From a virus (lineage: Duplodnaviria; Caudoviricetes), in the IMG/VR virus record IMGVR_UViG_3300036900_000166, positions 1-56,613 of that record: DNA of 56,613 nucleotides; one strand, 5' to 3'. The position numbers were made by a program, and so were the translations under genes. The notes beneath the pieces were generated by a model. It did no database searches and was not told the DNA's origin. It saw only the letters and a list, made by a program, of their open reading frames with translations. This document shows, one piece after another, positions 1 through 9,245 of this stretch (positions within the stretch are counted from its first letter, which is position 1; every line of letters starts with the position of its first letter).

Positions 1-127
1 GGGGTGCCCCCCATGGAGCCCCGCTGGGCAGGTGGCGGGTGGCGTTATACAGGGCAATACACGCAGGCCAAATTCTGGTGTTCTTTTGTCTGAAGCCACG
101 GTGGAAGAACTGGAAGCTCGTTTAAGG
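1..127. repeat. Terminal overlap, copy 1 (circular assembly signature)
   Basis: Bases 1-127 are identical to 56487-56613; 127 is a common maximal assembler k-mer; an ORF reads through the junction. Confidence 0.95.
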
Positions 128-292
128 GAGTTGCGCAGTGTTAAGCCTGTATCTATTGGTGTTCCTGTGAAGGGTGGGTTGGTGGGTCCGGTGGCGTCTG
201 TGGGACCTGGGAGTATTGGTGCTGGGCCTAGGGAAGGGATGGAGAAGTTCTTGGTGGGCGGGGTGTGGGTTTACGGTAAGCGCAACAAGTAG
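32..292 (+). CDS. 3' part of the junction-spanning ORF starting at 56014
   Basis: Same frame after circularisation (56518-56014 = 504 nt). Confidence 0.6.
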   Translation: MAGGVIQGNTRRPNSGVLLSEATVEELEARLRELRSVKPVSIGVPVKGGLVGPVASVGPGSIGAGPREGMEKFLVGGVWVYGKRNK

Positions 293-364
293 GTTGCGTT
301 TACCAGCTGCCTAACACAACATTTCCTGTTGACAGATTCATTTAGCGGTGGTAAAAGTTTAGTC

Positions 365-556
365 ATGAACGGAAGAATGCAAGACGACATTATGAGGGCT
401 ATCCACAAAACCCTTGAATCCTACTATGATGATGAGAACAGGTGGCCGGACATTTATGTATGCCCGACTCTTTACCACAGAATGGCTGAGGCGGCTGCTG
501 CGGTATTCGATGCCGCTGTGGAGTCCAGCCAGTTTACAGCGAAAGAGGTCAAGTGA
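365..556 (+). CDS. Hypothetical protein
   Basis: ATG at 365, downstream of TTGACA-N17-TAAAAG at 329; overlaps the next start (GTGA). Confidence 0.6.
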   Translation: MNGRMQDDIMRAIHKTLESYYDDENRWPDIYVCPTLYHRMAEAAAAVFDAAVESSQFTAKEVK

Positions 557-753
557 ACGATGTGGAACTCGCCAGTGGGCTTAGGGAGTGGTTTAAGAGG
601 ATGGGTGTGGTGTCTGGTCAGGCCCGTAGGAAAAACCCTGTGTGGGTGGCTTTGCGTGAGATTACGGGGGCGTTTGGAAACTGGAGGAACGCTCGCCGCG
701 GGAACCCGAGGAGGGGCTATTTGAGGATGAAAGAAAGGATGAATTGTGAGTGA
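553..753 (+). CDS. Hypothetical basic protein
   Basis: Part of a chain of overlapping coupled ORFs. Confidence 0.55.
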   Translation: MNDVELASGLREWFKRMGVVSGQARRKNPVWVALREITGAFGNWRNARRGNPRRGYLRMKERMNCE

Positions 754-949
754 ATTTAATAAATTACCGGACCACGATGAACGGTCGAGGGAATCCAAGG
801 ACAACGAATACACCATTCCTTCGGCAAGTCCGAATGGGAGAATTGTGTGCTACCTACCAGGAATGAAGCTCATCGACTTCTACCGAACCGACACTGTGCT
901 GGCCAAGGATGTGCCCGTGAAACCTGTCTCCACAGAGGTGAAGCCATGA
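746..949 (+). CDS. Hypothetical protein
   Basis: Coupled ORF chain. Confidence 0.5.
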   Translation: MSEFNKLPDHDERSRESKDNEYTIPSASPNGRIVCYLPGMKLIDFYRTDTVLAKDVPVKPVSTEVKP

Positions 950-1203
950 CAGCCATCGAATACATGAGTGCGCGTCGGGTGGCCTTGGAAGCCTACACAA
1001 AGAAGGTGAACGAAGCCTGTGGGTCGGGTGACGGCATGGGTCGTTTGTTGAGGATCGCTTGCTTGGACGCCTTCTCGCTGGGCTTTGATTGTGCTATGGA
1101 ATCCCTTAACAAATCTTTTGGCGGTGTGGAAGCCCTGCCGGAAAAGGTAAAGGTCGTGGAACCGGAAAGCACGACCGCTCCCACCGCCACACCCACACCA
1201 TGA
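946..1203 (+). CDS. Hypothetical protein
   Basis: ATGA overlap with the previous stop; GAGGTG upstream. Confidence 0.55.
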   Translation: MTAIEYMSARRVALEAYTKKVNEACGSGDGMGRLLRIACLDAFSLGFDCAMESLNKSFGGVEALPEKVKVVEPESTTAPTATPTP

Positions 1204-1244
1204 ACAACCAAGGGTGGATTCGGTAACTTGATTATAAACAACTT

Positions 1245-1694
1245 ATGAACACCACTAACCTTGAGAACGAGATAATGAAGTACCAATCTCAGATCCTTGA
1301 CCTTAAGTCAGAGGTTACCCACCTCACCACCGACCTTGCTCAGGCTCGTCGTGAAGTGGAGGTGGCCAACCGAAAGCTGGAAACCGCACGTCAACAGATA
1401 GCCGATCTATCAAACGAGCGCGACCAAGCTCACGCTGATGCGGCGGTGATGCGGGGTGCGTTGGAGTTTTACGCCAAACGGGGACAGATTGCGCGTCTAG
1501 CCCTAGAGACCACCAATGCAGGAGCCGACCTGTTGTGTCGTTATCGTGAGGCGGTGGAGTTGGTTAAATCAGCTCCAAACGACCTCTCTTACGGACTTGG
1601 ACACAGGGATATGTACGAAGCAGATAAACAGGTATCTAACAAGTGGCTTCTCCGTCGAGACTCACTCCTAGCCACAGTGAAAGGTGATTTGTGA
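1245..1694 (+). CDS. Coiled-coil hypothetical protein
   Basis: Heptad-rich N-terminal half. Confidence 0.7.
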   Translation: MNTTNLENEIMKYQSQILDLKSEVTHLTTDLAQARREVEVANRKLETARQQIADLSNERDQAHADAAVMRGALEFYAKRGQIARLALETTNAGADLLCRYREAVELVKSAPNDLSYGLGHRDMYEADKQVSNKWLLRRDSLLATVKGDL

Positions 1695-2068
1695 AACTTA
1701 AACCATGCCCATTTTGCGGTGGCCGTGCCGTGTTCCGATTCGCTATTGGCGAAGCAATTCTTAAATGCGCTCTATGCCATGCCACTCACCACACCTACCG
1801 CACTCACGGAATTTCCATAACCAGAGAGAAGAAAGATCTTCGAGAACGGTGGAACCGTCGCCACTCATACACCAAGAAATGGTATGGTGAAAGGTTTGAA
1901 TACCCCGACCAAGTTAAGGACTTAAAAAAGTCTCTCCACCAACGCGATGTGGCACTGGTGGAAGCGAGGGAGGCGTTGGAATCGTTGAGATACTCCGCTG
2001 GGTCTATTTTGTTTGAAAGAGCTAAAGGCGACAAAGCCCTCGCCACCATCGGCGCCACCACCAAGTGA
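1691..2068 (+). CDS. Lar-family (restriction alleviation-like) Zn-ribbon protein
   Basis: N-terminal LKPCPFCGG, second CxxC (CALC) and WNRR, typical of the family. Confidence 0.7.
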   Translation: MKLKPCPFCGGRAVFRFAIGEAILKCALCHATHHTYRTHGISITREKKDLRERWNRRHSYTKKWYGERFEYPDQVKDLKKSLHQRDVALVEAREALESLRYSAGSILFERAKGDKALATIGATTK

Positions 2069-2263
2069 AACCGAGATGAAAGACGATTCAATAGTCATTG
2101 TGTTCACTCAGTTCATGTGCACGTCGGTGATCTGCTCTTGCCTTCAACAATTCGTGGCAGCGGCGTCCTCAATATTCATCGGGTATTTGCTTCTGTGGCT
2201 GTGGTCTAGAGACCAGCAGAAGGCCGACACCACCACCAAATCCACATGAGCAACTTGTGACGT

Positions 2264-2533
2264 GTGAAACTGCCGACCGAAGCAATTTTGCGCGGGATTC
2301 GTTACGCGATTACAAATCACGAAGGCATGGTGATTTTTGAGGAATCGCATTGCATGTACGGATGCCACCGAAGAATGGCTTTCCACCGGGTTGGGGAGAA
2401 AGATGGGAGCGGCATGTGGCACATTGAGACTGATTCGACGTGGCAAAGCACCCCAGTAAGCCACATCGTTGCCGCTTACGATTTACTAAAGGAAGTATTC
2501 GGGGATTCATTTGAGTGCAAACAACGATTATGA
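2264..2533 (+). CDS. Hypothetical protein
   Basis: ORF coupled to the next gene. Confidence 0.5.
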   Translation: MKLPTEAILRGIRYAITNHEGMVIFEESHCMYGCHRRMAFHRVGEKDGSGMWHIETDSTWQSTPVSHIVAAYDLLKEVFGDSFECKQRL

Positions 2534-2835
2534 GTAAACCCATTAACGACATTTGGAAAGACCCCAGCGTTAAGGCCGCTCTGAAGGATGGCCGATCCGC
2601 TGACGACATCGCCGTCCTATCGTGCCCTAAATGTGACCGATGGGGTTACTACAACCAGGGAAGCCATTTTTGGTGCCGGTTCTGCAAGCAGGGTTGGTAT
2701 TGCTGTTCTGAGGGAGAGGAACCACCGGACGATCGCCAATACCTTTACCTCGACGGATTCACCAGCTTAGCCGACACCGTGACGGTCACAACCGATGGAT
2801 ACGACAATGAGACTCTGGCTAATCCGAGAGACTGA
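2530..2835 (+). CDS. Zn-ribbon hypothetical protein
   Basis: CPKC...CRFC. Confidence 0.6.
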   Translation: MSKPINDIWKDPSVKAALKDGRSADDIAVLSCPKCDRWGYYNQGSHFWCRFCKQGWYCCSEGEEPPDDRQYLYLDGFTSLADTVTVTTDGYDNETLANPRD

Positions 2836-2992
2836 ACTGGCCCGACGCTATTCCAAAGTGCCGCCAGAACGACATCCCGAAGAATCCGACATGCTGTGGA
2901 TTCCTAAAAGCATCGTGGAGCACACGACCAAACGCGGCAACGAACACGACGTAAAACTGCCGGATTGGTTTATCGAGAAGAACGACCTATGA
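2807..2992 (+). CDS. Small hypothetical phage protein
   Basis: WIPKS...LPDWF motif, common in small phage proteins. Confidence 0.6.
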   Translation: MRLWLIRETELARRYSKVPPERHPEESDMLWIPKSIVEHTTKRGNEHDVKLPDWFIEKNDL

Positions 2993-3153
2993 AAGACAAC
3001 GAACTGGACGACCTTATTGGCACCGAGGACGAGGACCACGAAAACGAATGTGCCATGTGCCACCGACTTTATCCCGTTTCGGAAGGCGACCACATCACCA
3101 GATACTGCCCAGAGTGCTCACGGGATCGGATTTGTGGAGACGAAATCACATGA
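2989..3153 (+). CDS. Small Zn-finger protein
   Basis: CAMC...CPEC; ATGA overlaps at both ends. Confidence 0.55.
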   Translation: MKDNELDDLIGTEDEDHENECAMCHRLYPVSEGDHITRYCPECSRDRICGDEIT

Positions 3154-3716
3154 GCAACCGATCCTGCACCCTCTACCACGACCGACACCTTATTTCCTTG
3201 GGATGGTTGCCACCACGAGAGGCAAAGGTGTTGCGGGTTGACTTGGAAAAAGCTCGCCAGGAACGAAACGCCGAAGGAATGCGGGTTCGTGGGGAACTTC
3301 TGCCGAAGCTGGATCGGCTCAATGCTGACTGTGCCGCAATGATTAAAGTAATTGAACTTGCTGCAATTCACGATCACTCGGACGGTGATGAAACAGATTG
3401 TGTTCTGTGCGATGCTGTCAAAAGCGTTTTGGACAAACCAAACCCTGGACAACACTTGCTTGATGACCTCGACAATGCCCACCAGGAGGCACAGAAGCTA
3501 CGTGGTGATGTGGCCGAGATTATTGATGTGATCGCGTGGGCCAGCGAACACATTGAATCGGTGTGCAGCCCTAACCGAGAAAACGGGTTAATATGGGCTG
3601 TTTCGTGGAGAGGTAACAATTTTACCTACGACAAAGAGCTTTACGGGTGCCTCCACAAGGCTTGGATTGCATCCACCAAATCCACCGCCACCCCACTATT
3701 GGAGGGTGACAAGTGA
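3150..3716 (+). CDS. Hypothetical protein
   Basis: ATGA-coupled start; helical, with HDH...CVLC. Confidence 0.6.
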   Translation: MSNRSCTLYHDRHLISLGWLPPREAKVLRVDLEKARQERNAEGMRVRGELLPKLDRLNADCAAMIKVIELAAIHDHSDGDETDCVLCDAVKSVLDKPNPGQHLLDDLDNAHQEAQKLRGDVAEIIDVIAWASEHIESVCSPNRENGLIWAVSWRGNNFTYDKELYGCLHKAWIASTKSTATPLLEGDK

Positions 3717-3807
3717 TGTGGCGCTTCAAAGATTGGGTTTACCGGGTTACTGAACCCCTTGTTAAAGTCCACCAAAGGCTCTCAGGAAGGCTACATTACG
3801 TCCCTAT

Positions 3808-4236
3808 GTGGCGTTGGAGGATGCTTTCGTGGCGTCTCAAGGGAAGGTGGAAGTTTTGAAAACCACCGCTCTTTGGTCACTAACGGCCCTCTGTGGCGTT
3901 GTGGGCGTGGGGGTGTGGTCATTTGGTGGGTGGACCCGTCTCGGTGCCACCTTGACCCCAATACGCATCACCAAGACCGTTTGGGTTACCAATGAGGTGT
4001 CGCGTGGTTCAAGTCCGTGGTCAGAACCGCTTAAACCACTGGATAATCCGGGTGCATCCGATGACGGATTTTACACCCGATCCGATGGTCACCGATTCCC
4101 AATCAACTCGCACTTGACCAATCCTGTTCACGTTAAATCCGGTGATGCGATTATTTTTACCAACAACATGCTTGTCACCAACGTTTATTTTAACATCGGG
4201 GCATACCGCCATGCGTGGGCGGTCACAAACCTGTGA
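3808..4236 (+). CDS. Membrane-anchored hypothetical protein
   Basis: Hydrophobic segment ALWSLTALCGVVGVGVWSF followed by a TN-rich region; start uncertain. Confidence 0.55.
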   Translation: MALEDAFVASQGKVEVLKTTALWSLTALCGVVGVGVWSFGGWTRLGATLTPIRITKTVWVTNEVSRGSSPWSEPLKPLDNPGASDDGFYTRSDGHRFPINSHLTNPVHVKSGDAIIFTNNMLVTNVYFNIGAYRHAWAVTNL

Positions 4237-4244
4237 TGCGGGCT

Positions 4245-4273
4245 TGACGACAAAACGGTAACGATATAGATTT
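4245..4273 (+). promoter_or_regulatory. Sigma70-like promoter
   Basis: TTGACG-N17-TAGATT. Confidence 0.6.
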
Positions 4274-4281
4274 TTTCAGAA

Positions 4282-4646
4282 TGACATCTCTGGTTGTCAA
4301 CCGAAGATCCTTGTTTGGTGGGTGGGGAGAGCCAAGACTCTCCACCAGAGCCGCCCACCAAACAGGGATTTTCCATGTACAGCTCATCGATGTCTCCAAG
4401 ACGGTCTTGGTCCATAGGTGAGCCGGAACATGGTCGGCCCACCTTTGGGTGGTGCTGGCGTTAGCGGTGGCTGCTCTGAGCCAGAACTGAGCACTCGAAG
4501 CACCCACCGAACGAAAGGTAAAAGGTGTGTCCTTTGAATGGTGGAGTTGCGACGGGGCAGATACCCCTCTAACCAAGTGCCTGCCAAAAGAGCGGATGGT
4601 TACCGACGATCCAGACCGGCTCCACTATTCAGAGGATACCACTTTT
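4282..4646 (+). ncRNA. Candidate structured RNA (multiple long stems)
   Basis: Stems 4303-4325/4351-4373 and 4527-4547/4619-4639, whose mismatches are G-U wobbles on the + strand; no convincing protein. Confidence 0.55.
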
Positions 4647-4982
4647 CCCTTTCTTCTCACTTTAGGGGCGGCAACTCACACATGAGGCGCTGCGCGGTAA
4701 TGCCCCACTTTTCTTGCGGAGGGGGGTTCTTTGTTTTCTGCTCTTCTTTCCCTTTTACTTTCCCTCTGATTCAGGATCTGTACCTGAACAGGATCAGCGG
4801 TGGATCAGGCACCGCTTGAGACAATTTACAACCTTGCGTGGGCACTTGTCACAAAGACCCTTGATGGTCTGACGCAGTTGCCACTTCCTTTGTTTGGAAA
4901 CATTCAGGTGCGTGAACTGGTCTTGAATCTGGGGACGCATTCCGCTTGACTTTGGTGGATCTGTTTTCACACTGCAACAGAA

Positions 4983-5183
4983 ATGACCTCAAGAGTTGGA
5001 GACTGGAAAATGACCGATGACGGTACTGTCGTGTGCATAGCAGAGGGAGATGGATACGTGATGTACCGAAACAAGAGCAGGTTTCCCAAGGTGATGGAAG
5101 TCCGACTTTGGGATGAATCTATGGACACTTCTCAAATTATTGGTTTTGAGATCGACCCGAAACCCAACCCTCCAAAACCCTAA
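4983..5183 (+). CDS. Hypothetical protein
   Basis: Abuts the terminase start; TTGACT element at 4946. Confidence 0.55.
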   Translation: MTSRVGDWKMTDDGTVVCIAEGDGYVMYRNKSRFPKVMEVRLWDESMDTSQIIGFEIDPKPNPPKP

Positions 5184-6980
5184 ATGGCCTTCGTTAAATA
5201 CGGCGTGGAGTGGGATGACGGGATTAGCCCGGTGGAGATTGAACGACGCTGTATCCAGAAAGGGGGACAGTGGAAGTGGGACAATGGTGCGGTGGCCGGC
5301 CTTGGACTGTTCCAACACTTTAAGAACATGGAAAGCCTCCTGTGGCCCGAGGATGATCATCATCGTTGGTCAGACCTAATCCTCTCCAACATACTTGAGA
5401 ATCGAATAACGGTGGTTTGCGGGTGCCGTGATTCTTCCAAGACCAGAACCGTATCAAAGTGGGCGCTCTGTGATTATTGGTGTTGGCCCCAGGAAACCTT
5501 AATCCTCATGACCAGCACCACGGCTCAAGGACTTGAGATGCGGGTATTCGGAGACATTAAAAGCCTCTTTGCAAGGGCCAAGGAACGCTTTGAATTTCTG
5601 GAAGGCAATGTGGTGGACGCCAAAAAGGGGATCTTCACCGACAACATTTTGAACAATGATGATGTGCGCGACATGCGTAAAGGGATCGTCGGAATCCCCA
5701 CGATGACTTCAGAGGGAGAATATCAAGGAATGGCCTTAAAGAACTTTGCTGGTATTAAACAGAAACGGCGTCGTTTAATCGGTGACGAACTCCAGTTCAT
5801 TTCCTGTGATTACCTGAAGGTTTTGGATTCAATGGATAAGGGTGAGTTCAGAGGGGTGTTCCTGGGAAACATGATTGCCGACAACGGAAAAGCTCTTGAT
5901 CGGGTGGCTGAGCCGGTGAACGGGTGGACTGCCATTGATGATGCTCCCAAGACCAAGACATGGAAAAACAAGTACAACGGGATAACGATTAACCTGTGTG
6001 GTCCAGACTCACCCAACTTCGACGAAGAAACCAAAGACCGTTTTCCTTACCTGCTCTCCCAATCCGACATCAATTCAGTAGCAGCAAGGCCCGGAGGAAA
6101 GGATACTGTGGAGTGGTGGTCGCAGATCATGGGGCTGCGTAAAACCGGGGTCGTCTCAGATCGTGTGCTAACCATCGACATGATCCAGAATAACGGAGGC
6201 TTCAAAGACGTTATATGGGACCAACAACCCACAATGAAGATTTGCGGGGTGGACGCCGGGTATGGGGGCGATGATTGCGTCAACACGTACATTGAATGTG
6301 GGACAGAAGTCGGCGGCGTCAACGTCATCAAGTTCATCGAACAAAAGGTGATTCCGGTGATGATTAGTCTTCCTATTTCACCAGAGGATCAAATTGCTCT
6401 GGCGACCAAGCAGGATTGTGATGCTCGGGGAATACCCTACGAGAACGTGTACATCGAAGCAGGTATGCGAGCGACCTTGGCGGTTTCCTTCGGAAGAATT
6501 CTAAGCCCTTCCATCAATGCGATTAACTTTGGTGGTTCGGCGACCGATAGACCTGTGTCCAACGACCTGTTCATCTTCGACGAGAAAACCCAACAGAGAA
6601 GGCTCAAGAAATGCCATGAACATTACAGCAAGTTTGTTTCCGAACTGGCGTTCTCTGTGCGTGCGGTCGTCGAATCGGGACAGGCGAGGACCTTTCCCCA
6701 ACCCGCCGCTGAAGAATTTCAAAAGAGAAAGTGGACCTTCGTTTACGGAGACCGTTATGAACTGGAATCTAAGGTTGACTACAAGGAGCGAAACCAGAGC
6801 AAATCCCCAAACTGCTCTGATTCGGTTATGGTGGCTGTCGAGGGAGCACGGCGCTTGGGCTTCGCCATCGAACGACTCAAAGACCCAAACGCTGTCGAGC
6901 CCGACCAAACCGACTGGCTGGAAGAAGAAATTATGAAAGAGAGAAAGTTTGCACGACAGAACGAACTGACCTACGACTGA
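5184..6980 (+). CDS. terL: Terminase large subunit
   Basis: Deviant Walker A (VVCGCRDSSKT), Walker B (RLIGDE), motif III (FLGN), RNase H-like nuclease (ICGVDAGYGGDD ... SPNCSDS). Confidence 0.88.
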   Translation: MAFVKYGVEWDDGISPVEIERRCIQKGGQWKWDNGAVAGLGLFQHFKNMESLLWPEDDHHRWSDLILSNILENRITVVCGCRDSSKTRTVSKWALCDYWCWPQETLILMTSTTAQGLEMRVFGDIKSLFARAKERFEFLEGNVVDAKKGIFTDNILNNDDVRDMRKGIVGIPTMTSEGEYQGMALKNFAGIKQKRRRLIGDELQFISCDYLKVLDSMDKGEFRGVFLGNMIADNGKALDRVAEPVNGWTAIDDAPKTKTWKNKYNGITINLCGPDSPNFDEETKDRFPYLLSQSDINSVAARPGGKDTVEWWSQIMGLRKTGVVSDRVLTIDMIQNNGGFKDVIWDQQPTMKICGVDAGYGGDDCVNTYIECGTEVGGVNVIKFIEQKVIPVMISLPISPEDQIALATKQDCDARGIPYENVYIEAGMRATLAVSFGRILSPSINAINFGGSATDRPVSNDLFIFDEKTQQRRLKKCHEHYSKFVSELAFSVRAVVESGQARTFPQPAAEEFQKRKWTFVYGDRYELESKVDYKERNQSKSPNCSDSVMVAVEGARRLGFAIERLKDPNAVEPDQTDWLEEEIMKERKFARQNELTYD

Positions 6981-6983
6981 ACC

Positions 6984-7661
6984 ATGAACATCACACAGAT
7001 ACCACCAGGCGGGTGGCAGTATTTTCAACCACAAACAGGCTGGCACGCGCCTTTCCCCGTGGGCATGACGCACCAACAACAGGTCAATAACATCATCAGG
7101 CATCGGCTTGGAAACCCCGCTGTGGTGGCCAAGTACAAGCTCGCCACCGACCCCGAAACCGTTGGTCGAGAGTTGATCAAGTACCAGCAGATTCGTGGTG
7201 CCCTACCCGCTGACCCCGCCCCAAAAATGACGCCCCCACCTATACAATCGCCGCGACTGGTGGGGGCCGTGTCGGACGCTGTTGCGGTGGTTAAGAAGCT
7301 GGCGGCTGGTGCCTCTGCTTTACTGGAGTGGGAATCCGAAGGCTTGCCGCACGCGGAACCAAAGGTGGCTGAGGCACGGGCACAGATATGCTCCAAGTGT
7401 CCCAAGAACCAAGAGGGGAGATCGCTCACTGAATATTTCACGGTTCCAGTGGCCGATTTGTATAACAAAAGATTCAAGAAGATGCATGATCTTAATCTGA
7501 CCACACCGTATGATGACGACCTCAAAGTGTGTCAGGCGTGTTTGTGTCCGATGAGGACCAAGGTGTGGTTTCCCAAGGAACTGATCCTTAAACGCCTGAT
7601 TCCAGAACAACGCCCACAACTCAACCAAATCAACCCGAGGTGTTGGATTTTAGATTTATGA
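6984..7661 (+). CDS. Cys-rich (CxxC...CxxCxC...CW) phage protein
   Basis: CSKCPKN, CQACLC and C-terminal RCW. Confidence 0.7.
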   Translation: MNITQIPPGGWQYFQPQTGWHAPFPVGMTHQQQVNNIIRHRLGNPAVVAKYKLATDPETVGRELIKYQQIRGALPADPAPKMTPPPIQSPRLVGAVSDAVAVVKKLAAGASALLEWESEGLPHAEPKVAEARAQICSKCPKNQEGRSLTEYFTVPVADLYNKRFKKMHDLNLTTPYDDDLKVCQACLCPMRTKVWFPKELILKRLIPEQRPQLNQINPRCWILDL

Positions 7662-7876
7662 ACACATGCGATCAGTGCGCTCATTGGAATCGGCATCCCG
7701 TAGTCGAGGGGCTTGGTGTTTGCATGAACATCGAGGCGACATCGCGGGTTAATGCTTATTCGGGTGCTCCTTTTTCAACACACAGAGATTTTGGGTGTCC
7801 CTTCCACGAACAGCGCGAACTAACGGATGCTGAAAAAATAGCTAAGCATTTTAGAGAACAGAGATGCCATTCTTGA
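7658..7876 (+). CDS. Small Cys-rich protein
   Basis: CDQCAHW...GVC...FGCPFH. Confidence 0.6.
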   Translation: MNTCDQCAHWNRHPVVEGLGVCMNIEATSRVNAYSGAPFSTHRDFGCPFHEQRELTDAEKIAKHFREQRCHS

Positions 7877-8574
7877 AAATCATTCTGGCGTACATCGCTG
7901 TCACGGGTGGACCCAAGACTTACGAGTATTGCGCGAGGTTCGTGGGGAGTTATCTGGCGTGCCCACCACTCGTTGAACACGAACTTGTGGTGTGCTGTAA
8001 CGGTGGGCCGTTGCCGTTTGAGACGGCTTCACTCTTTGCCCCGATTCCAAAGGTGCAGTTCTTCCCACGACGCAACGATCCGGGTTACGACATCACTGCG
8101 TATCAGGATGTGGCTGGACACTTCAGGTGCGACATGGAGGTATGTTGTGGTGAAACAATCCGGTTCCACCGGACGGGGTGGTTGAAGCGTTACGTGGAGG
8201 CGTGGAAACAACATGGACCGGGAATGTATGGAACTTTCTCCAGCAACCTGATTCGACCCCACCTGAACACGACGGGATTTTGTGTCGCACCTACGTTCTT
8301 AAAGGGCTCACCACGCCCACAGAACAAGGAACAGAGGTACGAATGGGAACACGGCAGGAATGCTTTCTGGACCAAGGTGAGTGCGTTGGGTGGAGCAACA
8401 CGACTGGTCACCTTCGATGGGTGTTACGATGTTCCACAGTGGCGTTATCCAAAGGACATCTTGTGGCGTGGAACACAAGAAAACTGTTTGATGTTCTGTT
8501 CTCATACCGACCGTTACGCCGGAGCCAGTACTGAAACAAAACTCAAGTGGTCAAAGGGAGCTGACCGAGTGTGA
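7864..8574 (+). CDS. Putative glycosyltransferase (RgpF/rhamnan-synthesis-like), paralog 1
   Basis: NDPGYDITAYQ, GWL, PHLNTTGF, WEHG; shares motifs with the next gene; lies in the sugar cluster. Confidence 0.55.
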   Translation: MPFLKIILAYIAVTGGPKTYEYCARFVGSYLACPPLVEHELVVCCNGGPLPFETASLFAPIPKVQFFPRRNDPGYDITAYQDVAGHFRCDMEVCCGETIRFHRTGWLKRYVEAWKQHGPGMYGTFSSNLIRPHLNTTGFCVAPTFLKGSPRPQNKEQRYEWEHGRNAFWTKVSALGGATRLVTFDGCYDVPQWRYPKDILWRGTQENCLMFCSHTDRYAGASTETKLKWSKGADRV

Positions 8575-9245
8575 AAATCGAAATCGTTTATGTTTATCCG
8601 AACTTTACCGGATCAGGATACAGTGCTTATGCCGAAAGGTTTTTGGGTTCGTACCTCACCAATCCACCGCTGGTTGACCACACTACGACAATCGTGTGCA
8701 ATGGTGGTGAACCCGACCTTGAAACCAAAGGGATGTTTTCACTCCTACCAGATGTCACGTACCTTGTTGGCAGCAATGCGGCGTACGACATTTCCGCTCA
8801 CCAGGAAGCCAGTGAACGGTCACAGGCCGACATGATCGTGTTCTTTGGCTCATCCTCGTACGTGCGCAAACCCGGCTGGCTCTTAAGAATGGCGTCAGCG
8901 TTCCAGAAACACGGACCCGCACAATACGGCTGCATGGGAAATCGTGGCACGGGAAACATCGCTCCACACATCAGGACCACGGGATTTTGGACTTCTCCCA
9001 AGATTTTCAATTCGTATCCTCACAGGGCCACACGACCAGAGGACCGCCACCCTTTTGAGCACGGACCAGAATGTTTCACTACGCACGTCACTCGACTTGG
9101 ACTGAAAAACTGGGTGGTCACCGCGATTGGCGATTATCTGTGGGCCGAGTGGGACAACGCTGTTGGTGGCTACCACAACAACAATCAGGAGAATTTGCTT
9201 ACCGGGGACCGGGTTTCAGAGCCGCCCTACTTCAAATGCGCCTGA
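8571..9245 (+). CDS. Putative glycosyltransferase (RgpF-like), paralog 2
   Basis: NAAYDISAHQ, GWL, PHIRTTGF, FEHG, QENLL. Confidence 0.55.
   Translation: MKIEIVYVYPNFTGSGYSAYAERFLGSYLTNPPLVDHTTTIVCNGGEPDLETKGMFSLLPDVTYLVGSNAAYDISAHQEASERSQADMIVFFGSSSYVRKPGWLLRMASAFQKHGPAQYGCMGNRGTGNIAPHIRTTGFWTSPKIFNSYPHRATRPEDRHPFEHGPECFTTHVTRLGLKNWVVTAIGDYLWAEWDNAVGGYHNNNQENLLTGDRVSEPPYFKCA

Noticed and set aside
1-127. Biological direct terminal repeat
   Set aside because: The length equals a standard assembler k-mer and the repeat falls inside an ORF, so it is better explained as circular overlap
4237-4980. tRNA/tmRNA or protein-coding genes in the gap
   Set aside because: No cloverleaf or T-loop GTTCRA with an acceptor stem was seen; the ORFs here look compositionally non-coding
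9071-9235. Upstream extensions in the ORF track (also 11822, 13024, 26581, 31961, 39915, 54308)
   Set aside because: They overlap neighbouring genes extensively; downstream coupled starts are more plausible
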